Positions 57,689 to 64,000 of a stretch of 64,000 nucleotides of DNA are shown here, in pieces. The stretch covers positions 5,467-69,466 of the forward strand of contig CAZNQG010000001.1 of the NCBI GenBank assembly GCA_964575235.1, in the 5' to 3' direction. Numbering within the stretch: position 1 is the first letter of the stretch; every line of letters starts with the position of its first letter. Made by a program: the position numbers and the translations under genes. Source of the DNA: an uncultured Bacteroides sp. Its GTDB lineage: Bacteria; Bacteroidota; Bacteroidia; Bacteroidales; SM23-62. The notes under the pieces were generated by a model. That model was given only the letters and a program-made list of their open reading frames with translations, searched no databases and was not told the origin of the DNA.

Positions 57689-58409
57689 CGTTCAGTTGTT
57701 TTTGTATTTTCGGATAAAGCTTATTCTTTACCCAATCAAATTCGGGTTCAATGGCTAATGTTTTTATACAATACTTTTCAGCCAATTCAAACTTCCCTAT
57801 TTCATAATAGGCATTTATTATGGTAGCTAATAAGTTTAAATAGTTCCAGTTGCCCTTTAACGAAGCAAGATTTTTTTCCATGAGTTCAAGGGCTTTTAAA
57901 TAATATTGCATGGCATCTGTTTTTGAACCGCCAAACATTGCAGGTGTATAAAATGCTATGTTTCCTAACTGAACATATCCAAAATAATTTGTACCGTCTA
58001 AGGATACTGATTTTTTTGCATAAGCTAAACTTTCCTGTCCAAGAAAAGGTGCTTTATATGGCGATAAACCAATTTTGAAACCAACAAATGCCGATTTATA
58101 TGCATTTATCATCGACATACCATATTGTTGTTTTTCCAGCTCAACAAGAAGATTTTCTGCTGCTTGAAGATATTTTTCGGCTTCGTCATCTTTATCCTGG
58201 TCAATGCAGTATGCCATATAGCCATATTGACAATTAATTAAATCTAATTTTTGTGCATTTGTAGATGCTTTATAGGAATCCATGTGCTTTTCCCAATCAG
58301 CCATATTCCCACTTACATAAGCCTTGTAAATTATTGTGTTTGTTTGGCCGAAAACCGAAACAAGCATTGTAATAAATATAGCTATGAGTATATATTTCTT
58401 TCTTTCCAT
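57681..58409 (-). CDS. Hypothetical secreted helical-repeat (TPR-like) protein embedded in the carotenoid operon
   Basis: Signal peptide ILIAIFITMLVSVFGQ and TPR-like helices (AMQYYLKALELMEKN, KFELAEKYCIKTLAIEPEF). The ORF overlaps crtI by 8 nt and the GT2 gene by 28 nt. Confidence 0.55.
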   Translation of the reverse strand: MERKKYILIAIFITMLVSVFGQTNTIIYKAYVSGNMADWEKHMDSYKASTNAQKLDLINCQYGYMAYCIDQDKDDEAEKYLQAAENLLVELEKQQYGMSMINAYKSAFVGFKIGLSPYKAPFLGQESLAYAKKSVSLDGTNYFGYVQLGNIAFYTPAMFGGSKTDAMQYYLKALELMEKNLASLKGNWNYLNLLATIINAYYEIGKFELAEKYCIKTLAIEPEFDWVKNKLYPKIQKQLNDE

Positions 58410-59473
58410 TCAAGTTTTGTGTGTTTTCTAATTAATAAAGCTTTCCCCATAATTGTGATAAAAAAAATTAAATGAAGGGGGAACAAAAGTATATTTAAGA
58501 GGATGTTTTGTTTGCTAACAGAAGAATAAAGCGATAGAATAAGAACCAAAGTTACAAAGTAAAATACCAGGTATTGAGGCAAGGCAACTAAAACAGGAAT
58601 AAAACTAAATGCGGAAAAACTCCAAAACAAAAAAGCAAAAACAGGCATGTTCCCAAAAAACATAAATACGTTTTTAGAAAATCCATTTCCAGCCTCTTTG
58701 TAAGTTTTGTACATTCTGCATTGAATTCGTTTTTCACCGGTTAAACAAGCAACTCTGATTTTTTCTTTTTTTAATAAACGGGCAATTGCAATATCTTCTA
58801 TAGCTGAATTTTTAAACAGTTGATGAGGCTGTATTTTTTTATAGGCTTCACCATCGAATAGCATGAATTGACCGTTTGCAGCAGCATGCGATTTAAATGG
58901 TGAAATCCTGACAAATATTAGTGGTAGAAGTGTTAAAAGAATATAGTTCATTAAAGGAACAGAAATTTTCTCGCTAAAAGTTTTTTGTAATTGGACTGGA
59001 AAAACAGATAATAATTTCAAATTAAACCTTTTTAAATAACCAACTGCATCGGGTATAAAACCTTCTTCAATTCTTACATCTGCATCAAGAAATAAAAAGT
59101 ATTTGCCACTTGCTTTTTGTGCCAGTTTAAAACAAGCATGGTTTTTGCCTAACCAGCCTTTGGGTAGGCCATCAGATTGTATCAAAACAATTCTTTTATC
59201 TTGCTTTGCAAAATCCTGCACCACTTTTGCTGTGCTATCGGTTGACTCATCATCAAAAACAATAATTTCAATGTTTTCGTTTCTTGATTTTTGTAAATCG
59301 GAAAGTAGAAATGAAATATTCGTTTCTTCATTTCTGGCCGGTATTAATACAGAAATATGTTCGTTAGTTGGTGCGGAAGAAATTTTGATTTTTTGTTTAA
59401 AAACCAGGTTTAAAACAACATTAATTAGTTGTATTCCCAAAAATAAAAACGATATGCAGGCAAGATATAACAT
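58382..59473 (-). CDS. Glycosyltransferase family 2 (CruC-like carotenoid glycosyltransferase candidate)
   Basis: ISVLIPARNEE, VFDDESTDST, LFLDADV (DxD) and multiple C-terminal TM helices. The carotenoid operon context supports the role. Confidence 0.8.
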   Translation of the reverse strand: MLYLACISFLFLGIQLINVVLNLVFKQKIKISSAPTNEHISVLIPARNEETNISFLLSDLQKSRNENIEIIVFDDESTDSTAKVVQDFAKQDKRIVLIQSDGLPKGWLGKNHACFKLAQKASGKYFLFLDADVRIEEGFIPDAVGYLKRFNLKLLSVFPVQLQKTFSEKISVPLMNYILLTLLPLIFVRISPFKSHAAANGQFMLFDGEAYKKIQPHQLFKNSAIEDIAIARLLKKEKIRVACLTGEKRIQCRMYKTYKEAGNGFSKNVFMFFGNMPVFAFLFWSFSAFSFIPVLVALPQYLVFYFVTLVLILSLYSSVSKQNILLNILLFPLHLIFFITIMGKALLIRKHTKLEWKERNIYS

Positions 59474-60093
59474 TACGATATTTTTGCTTTTTGTGAGTTA
59501 AGAACCTGCCTGAAGAAACCGTTATATTCCGTTTCTAAATCTGACTGTTGGATGTCTTTAGCTAAAAATGGTTTGATATAGATATATAGGTTTGGCTTGC
59601 TATCGGAAAAGTAATCAACTAGGTTTGCAACAAATATTATTTGAGTCTCTGGCGAAACATTTTGGATAATTCTTTCGACTCCCTTTTCAAAATGTACAAT
59701 ATCATTATGCATTGAGTGTATTTGTCCCTGCGGAAACATTAAAACCAAATTTTCAGGCTGTTGTAATAGCTCTATGCTATAATTGAGGCTTTCGATTATG
59801 TTTCGTGATTTCTTTTTTATTGAATATCCACCTGAATACTGAAAGTACCAATGTTTTTCTAGCTGTTCTTCAAGCATCATAAAATGAAATTTACGGTAGA
59901 TTTTTTCTTTGTTAAGATATTCAACCCAAAAACCATCCCACCAACTAACATGGTGGGCAATTACCAATACAGGTTTTCCATTGTCGGCAAACTCACCATT
60001 GATACATACAGAATTAAAATTTCGATTGATTAAGAAACGGCTTAACCATTGAAACATTGGATATATTACCTTATGATGTTTTGCCTTAATCAT
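59473..60093 (-). CDS. Lysophospholipid acyltransferase family protein (CruD-like carotenoid-glycoside acyltransferase candidate)
   Basis: HHVSWWDG (HX4D acyltransferase motif). The start is taken at ATG 60093 (MIKAKHH) because the ORF-track start at 60138 is TTG and would overlap the upstream gene by 43 nt. Its stop overlaps the GT2 start (TAATG). Confidence 0.7.
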   Translation of the reverse strand: MIKAKHHKVIYPMFQWLSRFLINRNFNSVCINGEFADNGKPVLVIAHHVSWWDGFWVEYLNKEKIYRKFHFMMLEEQLEKHWYFQYSGGYSIKKKSRNIIESLNYSIELLQQPENLVLMFPQGQIHSMHNDIVHFEKGVERIIQNVSPETQIIFVANLVDYFSDSKPNLYIYIKPFLAKDIQQSDLETEYNGFFRQVLNSQKAKIS

Positions 60094-60095
60094 GT

Positions 60096-60743
60096 TTACA
60101 GTAATAAAGTTAACAAAGCAAAAAACACAAACTGGCAAATAAAAAGAATAGCAGACAAAGGGTTCTTGGTCTCTATTTTAAAAATCTTGAAAAGCAATAC
60201 AAAACAAAAAGCTATTGCATACCAGGCAATATAATTCCTGATAGGAACTTCCGAATTCTGCCATGTCCACATATTCATTTTTGGCGCTACCTGCTCAAGA
60301 ACAATATCATATACAAGCATTAATGCAGGAGCAACAAACACGGCAAGCCATTTATTTCCTTTTAAAGAATCGGTTATTGCTGTAGCCGTGTATGTTAAAA
60401 ACAACCAGTTAATACCAATCATTAAAGGTGTTTCAAACATTTTTAACCCTAAGGCATTGCCATAAGTATAAATTCCAAAAATCAATCCTGTTTTTACACC
60501 AATAACTTCAATTACATATCCTGAAATAAAAATTAATAGAAATATCAGAACATCTTTTAAAGCATATTTTTTATGATAAATTGCTAAAAGATAAGAATTA
60601 AGCAGCAAGGCAAATGGGGTAATAACAATAAAAAATTCTTTTGAAAAAGGAATGATAAATCCTAAAAGCCCAACAAGGTAAAAGATAACAATAAACTTCT
60701 TTACATCGGCAATTGGTATTTTGTTTTTAGGATATAATTCCAT
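60096..60743 (-). CDS. Carotenoid biosynthesis membrane protein (PF04240/DUF422, CruF-like 1',2'-hydratase family)
   Basis: 215-aa polytopic protein with GYVIEVIGVKTGLIFGIYTYG and ETPLMIGINW, a typical pattern for this family. Confidence 0.75.
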   Translation of the reverse strand: MELYPKNKIPIADVKKFIVIFYLVGLLGFIIPFSKEFFIVITPFALLLNSYLLAIYHKKYALKDVLIFLLIFISGYVIEVIGVKTGLIFGIYTYGNALGLKMFETPLMIGINWLFLTYTATAITDSLKGNKWLAVFVAPALMLVYDIVLEQVAPKMNMWTWQNSEVPIRNYIAWYAIAFCFVLLFKIFKIETKNPLSAILFICQFVFFALLTLLL

Positions 60744-60754
60744 TTTTTGAAAGT

Positions 60755-61289
60755 CTATTTATTATGCTCAATCCACAAGAGGTTTGAGGTATGAAAACCC
60801 AATTTTTCAGCTTTTTCCAAATATTCTTATTTGATAGCATCAGGTATGGTCTTTTCCCTTGATAGTATCCACAAGTAGTCAAAACTCGCTCCACATACCA
60901 AAGCGTATTTGTATTCTGTATCAATGGCTATAACATTATAACCTGAATAGAACGGGCCAAAAAATGATACTTTTAACATAGCAATTGTATCGACTCCCAC
61001 GAATTTTGCTTTGCCAATGGCCTCTTTCCATTCTTTTTGTTCATAATCGTAACCACGGTTAGTTACTTTTATTTTGCCATCATTGCGTAAGGTGTATTCT
61101 GCAGTTGTATTGTTCAATCCTTTTTCGAATTTAAAATCGAAACGGGCAATCTCATACCATGTTACCTAAATAGTCTTCCTTCTTAAAAGGCGAAACTGCT
61201 GTAATACTTTTTGGTATTGATGAGCAGGAACATAATGAAACAATCATAGCTGCTGCAATTAAATTGAAAATGTTTTTTGAGAAATTCAT
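60755..61289 (-). pseudogene. Bacterial lipocalin (Blc-like outer-membrane lipoprotein) gene with a frameshift and an in-frame stop
   Basis: Own translation: MNFSKNIFNLIAAAMIVSLCSCSS...PFKKEDYLGN then a frame break at 61157-61166 (GGTAACATGG, where GGTACATGG would give G-T-W-Y-E). Translation resumes as WYEIARFDFKFEKGL...VSFFGPFYSGYNVIAID...YLWILSREKTIPDAIK. An in-frame TAA at 60827-60829 is followed by EYLEKAEKLGFHTSNLLWIEHNK*, which still aligns to the Blc C-terminus. Confidence 0.75.
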
Positions 61290-61301
61290 ATTTTTTATGG
61301 T

Positions 61302-61832
61302 TTACTTAAAGCTAAAATTTTGAACGTCAGATAGAACACGGTCAATGATTTTTTTAAACCATACCGTGTAATTTTCAGGATTTTTTTGAATTTGTTCTAA
61401 AAGTCTGTCACTTTTAACATATTCAAAATCACACACCTCTGTTGGTTCGGGAATTGGCAAATCATCAGTAAAGCCAACAAAAACATGGTCAAACTCATAT
61501 TCTGTTAAGCCGTTTTCAAATTCTTCTTTATAAATAAAGTCAAATAGTTTGGTGAGTTTTACGTGCTTTATGCCCATTTCTTCATTCAGCCTTCTTACTA
61601 CTGCGTTTTCATTGCTCTCATTTGGTTTGGGATGCGTGCAGGCAGTATTTGTCCATAACCCAGGTGAATGATATTTGCTTTCGGCTCTTCTCTGAAGCAG
61701 GAGTTTCCCCTGCGAGTTAAAAATAAAAACAGAAACAGCCCTATGCAGTTGTGCTTTCTGGTGTGCTTCGAGTTTTTCCATTTCTCCAACTACAGTATCA
61801 TTGCTATCTACAAGTATTACTTTTTCAGTCAT
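61302..61832 (-). CDS. idi: Isopentenyl-diphosphate delta-isomerase, type 1 (Nudix)
   Basis: LHRAVSVFIFNSQGKLLLQRRAESKYHSPGLWTNTACTHP and EYEFDHVFVG. Confidence 0.9.
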   Translation of the reverse strand: MTEKVILVDSNDTVVGEMEKLEAHQKAQLHRAVSVFIFNSQGKLLLQRRAESKYHSPGLWTNTACTHPKPNESNENAVVRRLNEEMGIKHVKLTKLFDFIYKEEFENGLTEYEFDHVFVGFTDDLPIPEPTEVCDFEYVKSDRLLEQIQKNPENYTVWFKKIIDRVLSDVQNFSFK

Positions 61833-62675
61833 TTAAATAAGTTTAGTTTTATACAAAAAGGCTACTTGTAGTATTATCAAGTACTTTTGAAAATTCGGAA
61901 CCCTCATTCGTTTTTTAAGGACTTTTTCAGGTGAGGTTCTTTTTATTCTAAGAAATAAGCTTTTGTAATAATAAAAAGCCAGGGCAACAGCCAATTTCGA
62001 CCTTCCGGGTAATTGTTTTAGCCCTATCCATGCTTCATCAAAATCTTTTTGTATCGATTCTTCAATTAATTGTTTTGTTTGCTGATTAAATGTGCTGTTT
62101 GATATATCGGGAAAATAACTTCTGCCTAAATTATTCATGTCATCTTTTAAATCTCTTAGAAAATTCACTTTCTGAAACGCAGAACCTAATTTTTGGGCAG
62201 GATGTTTTAACCTTTCAAACAACCCATTTTCTCCATTGCAAAACACTTTTAAGCACATCAATCCAACCACATCGGCCGAACCATAAACGTATATGTCAAA
62301 ATCTTTTGAAGTAGTATATTTCGTTCTTGACAAATCATTTTCCATGCTTTTCATAAACGACTGAATATGCTCAATGCTTATATTATATGCTTTCACGGTG
62401 TCGGCAAACGCTGTGAGAATGGTGTTGGTACTAATGCCATTTTTCAAAGCATAATCAAGATCTTCATTTAATTTAGCCAGTAAAAAGGCTTTATCATATC
62501 CATGAAAACTATCTACAATTTCATCGGCAAGGCGTACAAATCCATAAATAGCATAAATAGCCCGTTTTTTATACTTTTCCAATAACGATGTCGCCAAGGA
62601 AAACGAAGTGCTGTATTCTTTAGTAATCAGCTTCGATATTTTGTAACTATTTTCTATGTAAAAATCAATGTTCAT
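61833..62675 (-). CDS. crtB: Phytoene (or related squalene/phytoene family) synthase
   Basis: 280 aa with YGFVRLADEIVD (DxxxD motif 1) and YGSADVVGLM...; FLRDLKDD (motif 2). It directly abuts the idi start. Confidence 0.9.
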   Translation of the reverse strand: MNIDFYIENSYKISKLITKEYSTSFSLATSLLEKYKKRAIYAIYGFVRLADEIVDSFHGYDKAFLLAKLNEDLDYALKNGISTNTILTAFADTVKAYNISIEHIQSFMKSMENDLSRTKYTTSKDFDIYVYGSADVVGLMCLKVFCNGENGLFERLKHPAQKLGSAFQKVNFLRDLKDDMNNLGRSYFPDISNSTFNQQTKQLIEESIQKDFDEAWIGLKQLPGRSKLAVALAFYYYKSLFLRIKRTSPEKVLKKRMRVPNFQKYLIILQVAFLYKTKLI

Positions 62676-62946
62676 TTATTAGTCGAGCGTATAATGTATT
62701 TTTCAAATATCTAACTGTGTATTAATTATTTCTTTTTAAAACTGTAAAATACAACAAAATTCTGTTTAGATTTGAGCGTTGGTAAAAATTGCACTCTTTT
62801 GCAAAATTTGGTTTGTGGGTCAGTAACTTAGCTGAAACTTTCTCTTCATTTTCGTTCATTTTTATTCATAGTTGTTTTATAAACAATTTCATAAAACATT
62901 GATAATCAATATATTAGAATGAAATCAAAAGAATAGCTATGAAGAT

Positions 62947-62968
62947 GTTCGAATCCATTATCACCCAC
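62947..62968 (+). repeat. Imperfect direct repeat of the tRNA-Val 3' end (attR-like island boundary)
   Basis: GTTCGAATCCATTATCACCCAC compared with tRNA positions 45233-45254, GTTCGAATCCAGTATCGCCCAC. 20 of 22 positions are identical and the orientation is the same. Confidence 0.5.
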
Positions 62969-63058
62969 AATGAAGGAGAAGGAGTTAGGTTAAAACGGTC
63001 TGATTCCTTTTTTAATGCACTTGAAGGATTACCAAAATATTGAGGTGATAAATTTTAT

Positions 63059-64000
63059 CTATTGATTGTTAGAAAGAGATATCTTTTCTGTCCGGCAAAC
63101 ATGATCGTTACGGACACGAACACAATATAATCCATTATCCAGGGAGGTCATATCAATCGTAATTGAGTTTCCGTATTCCGGGATGTCAGACTCCAGCATC
63201 CTGGCCCCCTGGAGTGAGAATATTTCAGCTTTCATAGCGTCCTGCACCGGTTCATTGAATTGAATTATAATTTTCCCTGAACAGGGATTCGGATATATAT
63301 TAAAATCGAGGGTGTAATTATTTATAATGTTCGAAGGTTGAGTGGGATTTCTTCCCACCGTATCCATCTCGCTTAAAGGAACAAACTTGTAATCAAGAAG
63401 ATGTTCCTGAGTATATTGCGTCAAAATCACGGCATAATTATGCTCGTCCGTGAAGGTTCCCACCATGCCCGAAGCGATAAACCGAATGCTGTCCTCCATG
63501 GAATATTCTATATTAATATCGGTACGATCACCGGCAATGCAATAAACCGGTATCCCTTTGTTTTTAACTTTTTGCAGTTCCGGGTACACTTCGTCGAAAA
63601 AGTTGGAGGAGCTTAAATTCTTTGAGCTTGCGGCCACGGAATCTTTCAGGTGTGCCAGGTCTGGATTATCAGCCATCCATAGTATTCTGTGATGAATGAG
63701 GACTAAATAATCCGAGTTCTGTATGGTATCTGCCACGGTTTTGATTAAATCAAGCTGTAAACCGGAGATATCGGGTGTGGAAAGTTCTGTGTCCAATACA
63801 ATAAAGGTGATATTATTTCTGCTAAAACCGTAGAACCTCTCTTTTTGGGTAAATGAAAGAAGAAGGGGTACATTATCAATATCGTGGTTTCCTATGGCCA
63901 GATGAGTGTTCGTATCGCTGAGACTGAAAATGCCATCGCAATATTCCAGTGTGCCGACCAGTTCCGAGGTATTCCAGGTTAAATCTCCTCCCAGCAGGAG
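63059..64000 (-). CDS. Calcineurin-like metallophosphoesterase with T9SS C-terminal sorting domain (gene runs off the right edge)
   Basis: The reading frame stays open upstream of the ORF-track start, which is a TTG at 63796. My translation of 63797-64000 gives LLLGGDLTWN...LAIGNHDIDN (GD / GNHD phosphoesterase motifs). The C-terminal ~80 aa (NIYPNPCSGKIIIQF...GLYCVRVRN...) look like a Por_Secre_tail domain. Confidence 0.75.
   Translation of the reverse strand, partial: LLLGGDLTWNTSELVGTLEYCDGIFSLSDTNTHLAIGNHDIDNVPLLLSFTQKERFYGFSRNNITFIVLDTELSTPDISGLQLDLIKTVADTIQNSDYLVLIHHRILWMADNPDLAHLKDSVAASSKNLSSSNFFDEVYPELQKVKNKGIPVYCIAGDRTDINIEYSMEDSIRFIASGMVGTFTDEHNYAVILTQYTQEHLLDYKFVPLSEMDTVGRNPTQPSNIINNYTLDFNIYPNPCSGKIIIQFNEPVQDAMKAEIFSLQGARMLESDIPEYGNSITIDMTSLDNGLYCVRVRNDHVCRTEKISLSNNQ

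Noticed and set aside
60727-60924. 65-aa minus-strand ORF between cruF-like and lipocalin
   Set aside because: It is in a different frame from the lipocalin remnant, whose post-stop continuation still aligns to Blc. It overlaps the cruF-like start region.
62676-62946. Promoter for the carotenoid operon upstream of crtB
   Set aside because: I found only near-matches to TAnnTTTG on the minus strand (e.g. GATATTTG, AAATTTTG). In such AT-rich DNA these are not discriminating.
62939-63043. 34-aa + strand ORF (MKMFESIITHNEGEGVRLKRSDSFFNALEGLPKY) spanning the attR-like repeat
   Set aside because: Too short, with no recognisable family. It was probably created fortuitously by the tRNA-derived sequence.

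Overview
64-kb window from a Bacteroidota-type chromosome, judged from the T9SS/gliding genes porV-porU-porP/sprF-gldJ and a TTTG-N19-TAnnTTTG promoter in front of a tRNA. Positions 1-45.25 kb are GC-rich and tightly packed with housekeeping and envelope genes. These include a partial acyl-CoA ligase (missing from the ORF track), chaN-like, a CPBP protease, alaS, two M23 peptidases, two CapA, and a Nif3 + zinc-ribbon pair. Also present are GH31 beside an unknown 767-aa lipoprotein, lemA-TPM-TPM, hutU, ispF, the T9SS core, murF, ppa, ppk1, phoH and folC. A tRNA-Val(TAC) at 45179-45253 marks an abrupt switch to AT-richer, mosaic DNA. In order, that DNA holds IS21-like element A (istA intact, istB cut) and a 3.5-kb recombinase-in-trio (RIT) element with three overlapping tyrosine-recombinase genes and ~29-bp terminal inverted repeats. 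Next come an inverted, different IS21-like element B (istB cut at the same codon, istA frameshifted), an istB 3' fragment of a third IS21, the tail of an rve-type transposase gene and an IS4/IS5-superfamily IS. A very AT-rich eight-gene carotenoid operon follows (crtB, idi, lipocalin pseudogene, cruF-like, acyltransferase, GT2, unknown, crtI). A 22-bp imperfect copy (20/22) of the tRNA-Val 3' end at 62947-62968 closes the block, suggesting a ~17.7-kb tRNA-anchored island. The most interesting observation is that the RIT element abuts the 5' portions of two only distantly related istB genes at the same position, just before the conserved AI(L/I)DR motif. This suggests site-specific targeting of the IS21 helper gene followed by RIT-RIT recombination, or alternatively an assembly collapse. 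I saw no CRISPR array, rRNA or recognisable defence operon. All calls rest on reading the translations and the DNA; no database search was possible.
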